DNA of 64,000 bases, taken from contig OZ024741.1 of assembly GCA_964016885.1 (NCBI GenBank), forward strand, positions 72,230,001 to 72,294,000, written 5' to 3'. The position numbers and the translations under genes were made by a program. The DNA is from Eledone cirrhosa (Eukaryota). A model generated the notes under the pieces. That model made no database searches. It saw only the letters and a list, made by a program, of their open reading frames with translations, and had not been told where the DNA came from. Of the stretch, positions 46,380 to 60,269 are shown piece by piece. How positions within the stretch are numbered: position 1 is the stretch's first letter; every line of letters starts with the position of its first letter.

Positions 46380-48476
46380 TTATCTATATATTATCTCCTT
46401 ATAATATATAACCACCAATTTCTCTGTCTGTCTGTCCGACGCGTAGAGAGAGAGTGAGAGTCAAAGAAAGAGACAGACTACAAGAGGGGGATAGCGGGAG
46501 GGAGAGAGAGAGACTGGAAGAGGGGAAGGAAAGCTATGTCTTGCTGTCTGCATTACGATACATATATATATACACACACACACTGAGCGCGTCATAATGA
46601 CGTAATGCAGACAGCCAGACATACAGACAGATATTATAAGGGCGCAACGTTATATCTATGTATCTATCTAAAAAGAAAGACTAAGAATTATATAGAGAGA
46701 ACGCTAAATCGCCTAATGCCGTCCCTAGGGCATTGAAAATTTGAAATAATTTTTGCTCAAAACACTCACAGGACCATAAGTATTACATGTCTAAAGTTTG
46801 AAAACAATCGGTTGGATGGTTCTCAAGTTTTAGTGAGCTGACAGACAGACAGACATTCTCTGTTTTAGATATATAGACTAGCAGAAAACCGTCTAACGTG
46901 TGGTTTTCTGCTAGTCTACTTATATATATAACCAGCAATTTCTCTGTCTGTCTGTCCGACAGTGGAAACACGTGCGTAGAGAGAGAGTGAGAGTGAAAGA
47001 AAGAGACAGACTACGAGAGGGGGATAGCGGGAGGGGGAGAGGGAGAGAGAGAGTGAATAGACGCTAAAACACGTGCTATAGAAACATTACCTTCCCCTCT
47101 CCACTGACTTTGGTCACTGAGGCCGAGGGAATCGCTGGTTGCTATAGAGACACCTTGCACAAGCCAGAAGTAACCAGTTCGAGGCGGTTCTGACTTGACA
47201 CCATTTGAAGAAGGTTGCCATTGAATTTGTGGTTGTTGCTGCTGATAATAAGGACCATTTGAAGAAGGTTGCTGCTGATGAGGTAATTTATTAATCAGAT
47301 TGCGCAGTTCCATAACCTACGTTTGATTTGTTCAATTTTTTTCTTCAATTTTTGTTGTTTTTTTTTTTTTATTTCTTATTGAAAAAATATAAATAATAAA
47401 ATAAGGTTAGAAATTTAAATACAATTAAATACGATTTAATTTCCATTTCCAGCAGCCAATGTCCAGTGTTCAATTTCATGAAAAAATTGGAAATAATTCA
47501 AAAAATTGAAGTTTAACTTTTGAACATTTGTTTTGACAATAAAAAAATATTTCCTTATTCACACCTAATGGTATGATTAAAATATCAGTATATACACTAG
47601 ATTTGCTAGCAGAAAACCGCCCACCGGGTGGTTTTCTGCTAGTCTATATATATAAAACTGAGGATGTCTGTCTGTGTGTGTGTGAGTTTGAATCCCTAAA
47701 ACTGAAGAAGTACCCAACTGACTGTTTTCAAACTTTACACAGGGAATGTTCTGAGCAAAAAAAAAAAAAAAATATTTAGCGATCTCTCTCTATAATTCTT
47801 AGTCTTTCTCTTTTTAGATAGATACATACATATAACGTCGCGCCCTTATAATATTTGTCTGCATTACGTCACTTCCCTGCGGATGTCTGTGTGTGTGTGT
47901 GTGAGTTTGAATCCCTAAAACTCGAGAAGTACCCAACCGACTTTTTTCAAACTTTACATGTGTATTACTTATGTTTCAGGGACACATAAAATTCAACTTT
48001 TTGATCTCCTAGGTCTCCATTAGGTGAAAAACTGCGTTTTTTTCAGCTTTTTAGGGACTTTTTGAGGCATTACGTCAGACCGATTTCCTTGAAATTGTAA
48101 CTATGTATTAGTCAGTCTCTTTTTCATACCGTAAGCCAAGAAAATCCAACTTTTTTTTTATAGCCTAGGGCTCGCATTAGGTGAAAACCTTAATTTTTTC
48201 AGCTTTTTAGGGCTCTTTTGAGACGTTACGTCTAGCCGATTTTCTCGAAATTTCAACGCATATTATGCACATAAAAAAAAATTATTTTCTTGATCCCCTA
48301 GGGCCCGCATTAGGTGAAAACCTGCATTTTTCCTGCTTCATCGAGGAAAATCTTAAGAGTATTCGGTTTATTTTCTTTACATATTGTCCAGGCAAGCAGT
48401 TTTTCCACGATTAGGTCTGTTGGCGGCCCGCGTTCCAAAATACCTTCTCCCGTGCAACGCCGGGTACCACTGCTAG
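46380..48476. mobile_element. Nest of non-autonomous Helitron-like repeats; clearest copy 47644-48476 (+)
   Basis: 5' TCtatatatataaaa...(gtct)n; 3' hairpin cccgtgcaacgccggg then CTAG|t; 46645-46880 is an inverted partial copy of 47645-47850. Confidence 0.65.
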
Positions 48477-49214
48477 TAAAATTATAAAACAATTGACATA
48501 TACATAAGTATATTAAACATTAACAAGAGATAATTTGTAAAGGATGTAAGAACATATAATTCCAAAAGGCGGCATAATTAAATTGTAAATATCTGAGACA
48601 TTCAGTAATTATTCATATCATCTCATACATATTGTATTATTACTTAAGAATATGTTTCGCCAATTAAATGGCAGAATTCAATAGATCATCAATGGGTCAT
48701 TAATGAGAGGTAGATCGAACCATTAACTCACACTTCTAATACAAACCTGGTACTGAAGAAAAACCCACATGGTTTTAATTGGTTCAGATTTGGTCAATTT
48801 TGCATTTTATCCTTTCGAGGTCAATAAAAAATACCCACTCCAGTACTGGAGTCAATTCTTCCTCTACATCTCATTTTCGGTTTTTCTCTATCACTCTCTT
48901 TCTCACCTTATTTTTGAAAAAATCATCTGGGTTCGCCAGGTTTAAAATGCCCAAGAAACATTCTAAGTCAGTACGGAGCACCTAAGACCCCACCAGGAGT
49001 TACATAGATAGAAATGGATTAATAAATGCAAACTAATAAATTTACCCCATAGTAGACTTCGAAGTTTTTATTCACTCCAGCCAAAATTTGATTCACCTCT
49101 TGCAGTCTCTATGAACTTATATGGGAAGCCCTGATCAGCAGCTACTCATACTAACACTGTCAAGCCCCAAAATCTGGAAGCTGAGTGAAATTACAACAAT
49201 ATACTTTAATAAGG

Positions 49215-49415
49215 TTGTGGATTGGCAAAATCAGTAGCGCCGGATAAAATACTATTGTAATAATTGTTCTGGCTCTTTACGTTACAAGTACAAATCCTGC
49301 CGAGATTAATTTTACTTTTCATCATTCTAGGATCGAGAAAATAAGTACTAGTCATGTACTGCGGTTGATTTGATCAACTTTGGCTAGCCTGCTGGCGTTG
49401 TACCAAAATTAGAAA
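49215..49415 (+). mobile_element. Degenerate SINE
   Basis: aaatcctgccgagattaattttacttttcatcattctaggatcgagaaaataagtac. Confidence 0.65.
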
Positions 49416-49574
49416 TCAATATTTTAGTTCATCAAAATCTCAGGTCAAATGAACAGTTAACTAAGATTGGCATCCTCATAGCAATAACACTCCCACCCCG
49501 ATAACACTCCCACCCCGATAAGTTATAAAGAAATTCTCATCTTCTTATCCACCGTCGGTCCGTCAGTTTTACAA

Positions 49575-49745
49575 CGATGATGAAGAAAGATAGTGGTGGT
49601 GCTGGTGTGATGATGATGGTGGTGTTGATGATGAGGATAGTGGTGTTGATGATGGTGGTTGTGGCGGTAGTGGTGGTGGTTATGGTGTTGATAATGGTGG
49701 TGGTTATGGTGATGATGATGAGGATAGCGGTGTTGATGATGGTGG

Positions 49746-49777
<32 letters not shown>

Positions 49778-50370
49778 ATGATGATGAAGAGAGTGGTGTT
49801 GATGATGGTGGTGGTGGTGATGTTAGTGGTGTTTATGGTGATGTTGATGGTGGTTGTGGTGATGTTAGTAGTGATGATGATGATGATGATGATGGTGGTG
49901 GTGTTGATGGAAGTGATGGTGATGATAATGAAAGAAATTGCGACAATGAAGAAGGTGATGATGATCTGACTGTTATGGTAGTGATGGTGTTGGTGGTTGG
50001 CATGGCAATGACACCTTATCACCTATCTCAAGGCCAACCACTGAAATTACAATATTGTCTTTACCCGAATTGAGACGGAGGTGACAGTAGCTATGATGGT
50101 GATGGTGATGGTGATGGTAGCGGGGAAGAGGGTACTTATAGTGGTGGTTATGGTGATGACGGTGGTGAAGATGGTGGTGGTGGTGGTGATGGCAATGGTG
50201 ATGATAATGATGGAGGTGGAGGTGGAGGTGCTAATGGTGTTGACTATGACGACCACAACTTTGATGGAAATAACGATGATGATGATGATGATGAGATGGG
50301 TGTGTGTGTGTGGGGGGGTTGATGGAAATGACGATGATGATGATGAGGATAGCAATTGTGATAATAATGA
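49575..50370. repeat. (GAT)n/(GGT)n degenerate trinucleotide tract
   Basis: Directly visible. Confidence 0.9.
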
Positions 50371-50570
50371 TTTCTAGTATAGGCACAAGGCCAGTAATTT
50401 GGAGGGAGAGGAAAGTCGATTAAACCGACCCAGTACGTTACTGGTACTTTATTTTATCGACCCAGTAAGGATGAAAGGCAATGTTAACCTCGGCGGATTT
50501 GAACTCAAAAGGGCCATAACTCTATGCTGCAAAGCATGATGGCTGACGCTCCACCGATACTGCCAAACCA
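50371..50570 (-). mobile_element. tRNA-derived SINE
   Basis: ggtacttt...atcgacccagtaaggatgaaaggc...tttgaactc. Confidence 0.85.
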
Positions 50571-50624
50571 CTGCTCTTATATAACAATAATACACAACAC
50601 AGACATATACATACATACACACAT

Positions 50625-50708
<84 letters not shown>

Positions 50709-50939
50709 TTATGTGTATATACATATACAAATGCATTCATATATTGAGAATTTGTTGTGTCAACATATGATTTTAAGTAGTTGGATTCGATTTGATTTGA
50801 TTGAAATAGTCAAATATTAGCGATCCTAGATTGATATGATATACAACAATGAAACACATGTCAGTGTTATCAAATAAATGTTATTCCCACTCTTCTATCT
50901 ATCTATCTATCTATTTATCTATTTATCTATTTATCTATC

Positions 50940-53080
50940 AGATTTTGGCCGAGATGCTAGCAAAGAGGTTGGCGCTTGTCGTGGGCAACCTGGTCGGAGA
51001 TGCGCAGACATGTGCTATCCCGTCCAGGTCCATCCACGACAACCTCCACCTCATGCGATACATCATAGAGAGGGTTGGGAACGAACCTGGCTTTGGTGGG
51101 GCCCTGATCAACTTGGATCAATCTAAGGCGTTCAATAGGGTCGACCATGGTTACCTGGATGCGGTGCTAGCGGCGGCAGGCTTCGGACCCGTTTTCAGGG
51201 GCTGGATCAATGCCATGCACAGCAGCCGCATCTGCTCTAGGGTCAAGGTGAACGGCTACCTCTCGGAGCCGTTCGAAATCGCGCGGTCCATCCGACAAGG
51301 ATGCCCTCTCTTCTCCCTTCTGTATGTAATGACTCTAGAGCCACTGCTGCGGAAGTTGGAGTTGTTGCAGGGCATCCCGTTGGAACCGGGATTGCCGAAA
51401 GCGGTGTCTGCCTACGCCGATGACCTAACAGTAATGGTGTCGACGGCCTCAGAAATCGGGGCGATCGGCAAATTACTGGAGGAGTACGAAAGGTTTACAG
51501 GGGCTAAGCTGAACCGGGACAAGTCGATCGGTCTGCAACTCGGCACGTGGAAGGGCAAATCGATGCCCTCCGATGGCGTCGTCGGGTGCTGGACGGAGGG
51601 CCCGGTGAAGTTGCTCGGGGTCTGGTTCGGACCAGACCTCCAGGTGGAGAAGAACTGGGTGAAGTAACGAACAGGGTGTTTGCACTGACCCAGAAGTGGG
51701 CCGAGTGCAAACTGTCCCTGAAAGGTCAGGCGGAGGTGGCGAACACTTATATAGCGTCCGTCATCTACTACCGCCTGACTGTCGTGCCTTGCCCAAGGGA
51801 AACGCTCGCCAAAATGGAGCGCGCACTCTTCCAATTCCTTTGGAAGAAGCGGGCTCCTATAGTGAGGAGATCCATCTGCTGTCAACACCCTTCGAAAGGA
51901 GGGCTGGGGATGCCGTGGCTGATGATGCGTAAACACGCATTAAGGCTACGGCACCTCCAGGTATTCCTCACCGGTCAACCGGTGTGGGCCCCGTTTGTGA
52001 GGCGAGCCTTTCCCAGACTCGTCTCGCTCACCGAGCTACAATTCTGGGTCAAGCAAAGACCGAGAATACTGGGCGCCTGGCACACCGAGTGTGCCCAGGC
52101 GCTCACGGCTCTCTGGCAGGCGGACCCGGCTGTCAGTGGAGAATCCACCCCGTCATTCTATAGAGGGCTGGTGGTTAGCAGGTGCGACGACGCCCTCGGA
52201 GAAGCCCTAGGCATGGAGGAAAACGAACTGGCTAACCTGTTCGGTAGGACATTCAGCCCGGGACCTAGGGATAACTTCCAGAGGTCCCTGGCCTGGCAGT
52301 GCTACCGAGGGGCTCTGCCGTTCGAGAAAGGCTCTACAGACACGGGCGCCCGGGTAGGGACCCCTCGAAAAAGATATGTCCCAGATGCGGGTGCGACGAG
52401 GAAATCGTTGCACACGCATTGGTACATTGCTTGGGCATTGCCGATTTGTGGGGCTATGTCGAACGACTGCTGTCACGGGTGGGACCGATCCGGTTGACCA
52501 CTGAGTCTATTGTAACGATCAAGCCGCCTCCCCTCTTCAAAAACGAAGGAGAGGCGGTGTTTCTGTGCGTAATAGCCATGGTGAAAGAGGTTGTACGGTG
52601 GACGCGTCTGAAAGGACTGAGGTCAGACACCTTTCTCTCTGGGCAACAACTGGTCCGTTTCTTCCGATATCATTTCGGAAGAAGGATCAGGATGGAGAGA
52701 GAGGTGCTGCACCCCAGCCGTTTTTATGTAAGATGGGTGAAAGTGGCGAGACTGGCCCGTGTGAATGGGCCTTCACTCTACATCAGACTGTAGGTGAGAA
52801 AGATGAAAGATCAAGGGAGCACCCACTCTCTGTGCTCCTGAGGAAAAGGGTTGCACACTTTTTCGGGGGTGTGTGCGACCCCCCAAGGCGCCTCCTCCCT
52901 ATTGATGATTTTGTTATTCAATTTATTTTTGTTATATTTTATATCTTATATTTTTATATTTTGTTATTGCCTCCTCCTTATTGAGGACGCCTTTTTATGT
53001 AAACTCCCTCCATTGTACTTGTCCCACTCTTTGGCGCCCTGGTGGCAAATAAAAAGAAAGTTATGTATCTATCTATCTAT
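50940..53080 (+). mobile_element. 5'-truncated Tx1/L1-type non-LTR element (RT + C-terminal Zn finger), frameshifted
   Basis: LDQSKAFNRV, SIRQGCPL, AYADD, KGGLG, CPRC...EIVAHALVHC; AATAAA then (TATC)n tail; preceded by (TCTA)n. Confidence 0.9.
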
Positions 53081-53509
53081 CTTGGTAGCTGGACGCACAC
53101 AATTTTGCTGGTAAGTTTCTGTCAATTTATTTGCAAAAAACAGAAATTCTTGTTTAAAAAAAACAGATTGTTTTGTAGATTAACCCCCAGGCTGAATTGT
53201 CAGCTGGGTGGCAATCTCATTTTTCGCCCCCAAAGAACGCGACCGAACGTCGAAGAAGAAAAAAGTAAAGAAGAAATAGACTTTAACGTTGCTAAAAATT
53301 TTGCCTGTATCGAGGTAGTTTTGTGTAACGAAAGTCAAGTAGACAACACAAACAAAATTGAATCACACTGTGAACCACACAGTATACAACACACACCAAA
53401 ATTACAAGAAAAAACAATTGACACAACTACAAACGGAAAACCCGACAACCACAACAACAACAACAACAACAACAACAAAATAACTTATACAGAAACAGTC
53501 ACAAATAAT

Positions 53510-53810
53510 AATTGTTTCTACTTTAGGCACAAGGCCAGCAATAACCCAGTGCATTACTGGTACTTATTTTATTAACCCCATAAGGATGAAAGGCAAAGTC
53601 AACCTCGGCGGGTTTGAAATAATAATTGTTTCTATTTTAGGCACAAGGCCAGCAATTACCCAGTACATTACTGTACTTTATTTTATCGACCCCGTAAGGA
53701 TGAAAGGCAAAGTTAACCTCGGCGGGATTTGAACTCAGAATGGCAAGAGCCGTAACTCAATGCGTCAAATATTGGCGTGCGACCCTCTACCGATACTGCC
53801 AATCCACCGC
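53510..53810 (-). mobile_element. About 1.5 tandem SINE copies in the Tx1 5' region
   Basis: Two aggcacaaggccagcaa...aaggatgaaaggcaaag units. Confidence 0.85.
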
Positions 53811-53821
53811 CCTATAATAAT

Positions 53822-55396
53822 AACGTTACTTCTAACTTCGCATGTATTGGCGTCACCATGGAAACCAATATAAACAACAAAAATAAAAACAAGATCGAAC
53901 CACACATAGTACAACAGACGGAAAAAACAACAGAAAATAAAACCATTGACACAATTACAAACGGAAAACCCGACAACCACAACCACAACTACAACAACAA
54001 CACACAAAAAACTTTTGCGCAAACAGTCATCAAGACACATGAATTCAAGGATCTCGATATCTCCAATGCGAAACAGATGCTCTCTGAAGCAAAGGAGTTT
54101 ATCACTTTCGGTGAAAACGGGGGATTTCAGATAAACTCACCCCCAGAAATTCGTCTGGAAACATTTCGAAGGACAATTACCTTCAGAACTGTTTCAAATG
54201 AAACAAAACGACCAACATTCCTCAGTCAAGGGGAAACTGGGGCAACCTTAATAAAGATATTGCCAGACATTGACTTTATGTAGAGGGCCAAACAGTACGG
54301 GAGTATTTCGGTACTCCTCAAAAGCGAGGCCCTTGCACAAAGATATTCAGTGACGCCAATACTGTCACAAAAATACACCTTTTTCCCTACAAACCTGGGA
54401 AAAAGGACACAAAAAATTAGAGTTTCAAACATACCACCAAATATTAATATTTGGTGGAAATTGGCAGGATTTTTAGAGGAGAGAAAAGACACTATTCTCT
54501 CCATCAAAAAGTCAACCAGACACACCTGGTCTGGTACAAATTTGGAGATTCTGGTGCAAATGAGCCCGGAAAGAATCTCCAAAATACCAGAAAAAGTGCT
54601 GGTGGACAACAACAGCAACATAAACATTTCGGTAGAGGGTCGAAAACCACATTGCTTTCGTTGCAATAGCACCACACACCTAAAGGTCTCCTGCACTTTA
54701 CAAAAACTCTCAACCAAAACAATACAAAAGAAAACACTGTTACCAACACCAACACCAAAACAACCACCACCACAACAACAACAACTCACGAAACAAGCAA
54801 ACACACCAAAACAAACAGCCACTCAACCAACAACAACAGAAAAAACACAGACAACACCCCTGAAAAATACAGCCCCACCCCATCCCTCTCCATCAAACCC
54901 TACCACAAACACACACACCGAAACACCACTACCACACAACATACCCCTACCTCACACTCCTGAAGATGATTATTCATCGACAGATGAGGCTGCTTCTCCT
55001 TCTTTAAGTGAAGAGGGAGAGCCGCGGAAATCTAAAAACAAAAAAAAGAGACGCCACAAAACCCCCAAAACTCCAATCACCAACACCAACACACAACCAC
55101 AGACACAAACAACAACACAAACAACACCACAGTCAAACATCCCCCTACCAGCAAAACCAACACCAACACCACCCCAAACACAAGCACCCACCATAAAAAG
55201 AAAACTCCCGGACGAACAACAAACTAAAACAACACAACAAAAACACAAACAACAATACGCATACATCAACACAAACAATAAGAGTTTGATGGAGGTCATC
55301 TCCCAAAACCCCAAGGTGGAGACGGAGGGCAAAACTTTCGTCAAAGCAGAATCGTCTCCACACCTTAAACTTATAAGGGTTTCTATGGAGACCTAG
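53822..55396 (+). pseudogene. Tx1-type ORF1 (gag-like) with an in-frame stop at 54281-54283
   Basis: KIRVSNIPP, VEGRKPHCFRCNSTTHLKVSC (CX2CX4HX4C); the two listed ORFs are in the same frame. Confidence 0.8.
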
Positions 55397-55594
55397 AGTG
55401 ACCTAAAAAATAAATTTTCACAGGACGTGGGCAACCCCTGCCAGAAACCCAACAACCGCGCCTTGTAAAAATGTTTCCCCACCCAACCCAACACCCCATC
55501 TAGCACCCAAATGGAGATTGAACAACCCGATCTCCAGGAAACGAAAAAGTAAGTGCACCTTTTCGTCCTTTTTCTCTAACTCTTCTTCACCAAC

Positions 55595-58500
55595 ATGGCT
55601 GGTTTACGAGTTGGAAGCCTGAATGTGCGTGGGCTAGGGATACCCTGGAAACAGGGCCAACTTTTAAACGACCTTAGGTCACACAGTATGGATGAGATAG
55701 CCATCACCGAGTCCAGGATCCACAACAGGCAGCAACTAACCCCCATCTTCGACGACTTTGAGATCTACGCATCTCTCTGTCAGCCATGAAGTGGAGGTGG
55801 AGTGGCTGTCATGTTTCGGAGGAACCTGGACGTCGAAGTACAGCAAGTACACTTGGACCCGGAGGGTAGACTAGTAGTCCTAGACGTGAACATTATTGGA
55901 GGTGGAGCCTTCAGACTGCTGGCCGTTTATGCCCCGACCGGGCAATCGCAATCACGGCCAGACTTCTTTAAGCGTCTAGCGTCTTTCTGGGAACATCTCG
56001 CTCCTTACTTTTAGTGGGGGACTGGAATGGTATCCTAGATGCACGATGGGACTATATGGGAGCATGTCCCAGTAGAGGGGTGTGCAACAGCCTCAAAACT
56101 TTAATCGGCCAATTCCAACTGGCCGATAAGTATCGACTGGATTTCCCGACTGCACCACAGTGGACGTGAGCAAACAGCAGCGGGACATCTAGATCGTATT
56201 TAGATAGGTTCTTCATTAGAGGAAGGGACAAGGAGATGTTAAGCTGTCCACCAATGCACATGGTTGCCTATTCAGATAAAAAATTAGTCGTCTGCTTAGT
56301 CAACTGTGATAGAACACATAGACAGGGACCCGGATACTGGAAGCTGAATGTGTCGTTGCCGGCACGTAAAGCTTACAGTGAACGAATAAATAGACTAGTC
56401 AAGCAACAGTTAACGGGAGCTATCGTCAACAATAGATGGTGGTACTCTCTCAAGAAATCAATTAGAATAGAATCGATCGGGTATAGCAGAGAGTTAGCCT
56501 TAGAGAAAAACAGAATAGAAAGAGAACTAGTAGCCAAGGTAGAGGAGGCACTTAGAAGTGGAAACGCGGCTAGAGTGTTAGCGCCGAGAACGCACTGGAC
56601 CAGTTCTTCGATGTGAAACACGAAGGCTGCGTGGTCAGAAGCAAAACACGTGCTCTAGGAAACGAAGGAGCGAAAGCTGTCAGCTGGGCCCGAGTGGCGG
56701 AGGCAAAAAGTGGTAACAAGTCCACGATTCGGTCTTTGAAAGACCAAAACGGACGCGTGCTACTTGACCCCAAGCAAATGTGCGCGGCCTTTCAGCAACA
56801 CTTTGTGCGACTGTTTGAGCAGAACGACGGTGAGCCGAACGGGATAATGGACTTTAGTTCATACCTCGACGGCCTGCCGCGCCTCTCGAACACGGACGCC
56901 GAGTTCTGCGAAAGACCGATCACGGACACTGAGATACGGGACGCTCTGGGCCGCTGCGAGAAACGCAAGTCACCCGGTCTAGATGGTCTACCCTATGAGT
57001 TTTACATAGGCATGCCGAACTTGTTCTCTGGCGTCCTCGAAGCCGTCTACTGCAATTGGCAGCAGAACGGGAGAATTCCCAGTTCTGCAGGCAAGGGCGT
57101 AGTAACGCTGATCAGGAAAGACGAGGACAAGGAGGACGAAATTAACAACTTCAGGCCCATAACTCTGCTCAACACAGAGTTAAAGATTTTGGCCAAGGTG
57201 TTAGCGACGAGGTTGGCGCTTGTCGTCGAGAACCTAGGAGGGAAAGCGCAAACGTGTGCAATCCCGAGCAGGTCCATACACGACAACCCCCACCACATGC
57301 GATACAGCATAGAGAGGGTGGGTAGTAAACATGGCTTCGGTGGGGCTCTGATCAATTTGGATCAGTCTAAGGCATTCGATAGGGTCGGCCATCGATACTT
57401 GGAAGCGGTTCCCAAGGCGGCCGGTTTCGGTCCCGTTTTCAGAGGCTGGATCGAGGCGATGCACACCAGCATCTGCTCGAGGGTGAAGGTGAACGGCTAC
57501 CTATCGGAGCCGTTCGCAATCATACGTTCCATTCGACAGGGGTGCCCTCTCTCCACCATTCTGTATGTATTGACTCTAGAGCCACTACTGCAGAAATTGG
57601 AGCTGTTGCAGGGCATCCCTCTAGAACCGGGACTACGCAAAGTGGCTTCGGCTTATGCCTACGACGTGACAGTAATGGTGTCGATCACCTCGGAAATCGG
57701 GGTGATCGGCAACTTACTAAAAGAATACGAAATGCTGACGGGAGCAAAACTAAACCCGGACAAGTCTGTCGGTTTGCAACTCGGTACGTGGAGAGGCAAG
57801 CTGATGACGCCCGACAGCGTCGTTGGACGCTGGACGGACGGACCGGTGAAATTGCTCGGGGTCTGGTTCGGTCCAGACCTCCAGGTGGAGAAAAACTGGA
57901 ACGAGGTCACGGCCAAGGTGTTTGCGCTCACCCAGAAGTGGGCAGAGTGCAAACTGTCTTTGAAAGGTCGAGTGGAGGTGGCGAACACTTTCATAGCGTC
58001 TGTCATCTACTACCGCTTGACTGTCGTGCCTTGTCCCCGTGAACACCTCGCCAAGTTGGAACGCATGCTCTTCCAGTTTCTGTGGAAGAAGCAGGCTCCG
58101 CTGGTGAGGAGATCCGTCTGCTGTCAGCACCCTTCCAACGGAGGGCTGGGAATGCCGTGGCTGATGATGCGCAAACATGCGCTGAGGCTGCGGCATCTCC
58201 AGGTATTCCTCACAGACCCCCAACCGGTGTGGGCACCGTTTGTGAGACAAGCTTTCCCACAGCTCGTCTTGCTGACGGAGCTGCAGCCCTGGGTCAAGAA
58301 AAGACCGAAAACGATGGGCGCCTGGCACATTGAATGCGCTCAGGCGCTCACAGTCCTCTGGCAAGCGGGCACAGCAATCAGTGGAGACTCCACTTCGACA
58401 TTCTATAGAGGGATTGTACGTTACAAGGGAGACGACGTGCTCGGAGAGACTCTGGGTGTCGAAGACGATGAGCTCACTAGTCTGTTTGGTAGGACTTTCC

Positions 58501-59033
58501 TCCCGGGACCTATGGACAACTTCCAGAGGTCCCTGGCCTGGCAGTGCTACCGAGGAGCTCTACCGGTTCGTGACAAGATCTACAGGCACGGACGCAGGGA
58601 TCCTTCCAAGGGGACGTGTCCAAGATGCGCGCAGGACATTGAAACAGTCCCGCACGCAATTGTACACTGCCCGGGCGTAACCGACCTGTGGAACTATGCA
58701 GAACAACTGCTGTCGCGTATGGGACAAATCCAGTTGACTGCCGAGTCCATAGTAAGGATCAAACGGCCAGCCTCTTTCAAAAACGAAAGAGAGGCGGTTT
58801 TCCTCTGTACAGTGGCTATGGTGAAAGAAGTTATATGGTGGACGAGATTGAGAGGACTGAGGATAGATGCCTTTCTCTCCGGACAACAATTGATTCCCTT
58901 CTTTAAGTATCACTTTAGAAGGAAAATCAGAGTGGAGAGAGAGGCACTGCACCCCAGTAAATTTACTGAAAGGTGGGTGAATGAAGCGAAAATGGCCCGA
59001 GTGATTGGGCCTTCTCTGTTTATAAGCCTATAG
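55595..59033 (+). pseudogene. Tx1-type ORF2 (APE-RT-Zn finger)
   Basis: Stops and frameshifts in the endonuclease; catalytic YADD changed to YAYD. Confidence 0.9.
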
Positions 59034-59435
59034 GTTAAAGAAGAGAGCAAAAGGAAGAAAGGAGCACTTGCACAACACGCTCCTGGAATTGAGGGTTGTT
59101 GTATCGACGTGGTATTAAACAACCCATTTGTGGCGCTTCCCTCTATTGGGGATTTCGATTGTTGTAATTGTTTGTTTTATATTTTTTACACGACTGTATG
59201 TAAAATCCCCGGCATGTCTTTGTATTGTCCCATTTTCTTGTGCGCCCTCGTAGCAAATAAAGAAATCTATCTATCTATCTATCCACACACACATATATAT
59301 ATATATATATTCAATAATTCAAGGGTAAGAAATTGTCTAGACAAATGCATCCACATTATGCATTTTTGTACGATTATATAGGCGTAATGACGTAAGAAGA
59401 TCTGAGAGTAAAGTTGTTATAAGATCGATTTTTAC

Positions 59436-59512
<77 letters not shown>

Positions 59513-59866
59513 TTATACATACATATATACATAGATGGATTGGCAACGAAAAATCGGATAGCAAGTCAAAGAACTTACATGGATGGTAAAAATTCTATTA
59601 TTTCCAAATATATATATTAAATGTATGTGTATATAGATATACATATACATTTATATGTATGTATGTATGTATGTATGATTGTATGTATGTATGTATGTAT
59701 GTGTATATATATAAGGACAAACAAACACGCACACGCACACACTCATGTCCATTCAGAGATGCAAGATCAAACACACTTATACACTCACACAAAGGATTAT
59801 AATTTATGACCAACACATTAATTTGCAAAAGTGCGGGGTTCTGTGTGCACTTTTAAAGAACAAAGG

Positions 59867-59908
<42 letters not shown>

Positions 59909-59909
59909 T

Positions 59910-59944
<35 letters not shown>

Positions 59945-60002
59945 ATGCTGCTGCTGCTGCTGCTGCTGTTACTACTACTACTACTACCACTACTACTACT
60001 AG

Positions 60003-60046
<44 letters not shown>

Positions 60047-60047
60047 T

Positions 60048-60103
<56 letters not shown>

Positions 60104-60125
60104 ATGCTGCTGCTGCTGCTGCTGT

Positions 60126-60180
<55 letters not shown>
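59867..60180. repeat. (CTA)n/(CTG)n tract
   Basis: Directly visible. Confidence 0.95.
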
Positions 60181-60181
<1 letters not shown>

Positions 60182-60269
60182 TTAATTATTTCATCATTGG
60201 CTACATTCGCCGAAACGTAAAGGATTATACACAAAACAGGGACTGTGGGGATGTACAAAACATAGCATG

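Larger units (their letters stand above)
53081..59283 (+). mobile_element. Near full-length Tx1/L1-type element (ORF1 + ORF2), inactivated
   Basis: ORF1 with CCHC knuckle; ORF2 APE (GSLNVRGL, AVYAPT, GDWN, YLDRF) + RT + zinc finger; AATAAA and (TCTA)n tail. Confidence 0.92.

Noticed and set aside
48640-48705. Minus-strand TTGATGA...gcca/tggc-GAAA-catattc hammerhead-like string
   Set aside because: U3 without A8, core not adjacent to stem II, and stems I and III do not pair
49537-50377. Met/Val- and Ile/Thr-rich ORFs
   Set aside because: Trinucleotide repeat translations; the same applies to poly-S/L/Y at 42341-42628 and 59745-60258
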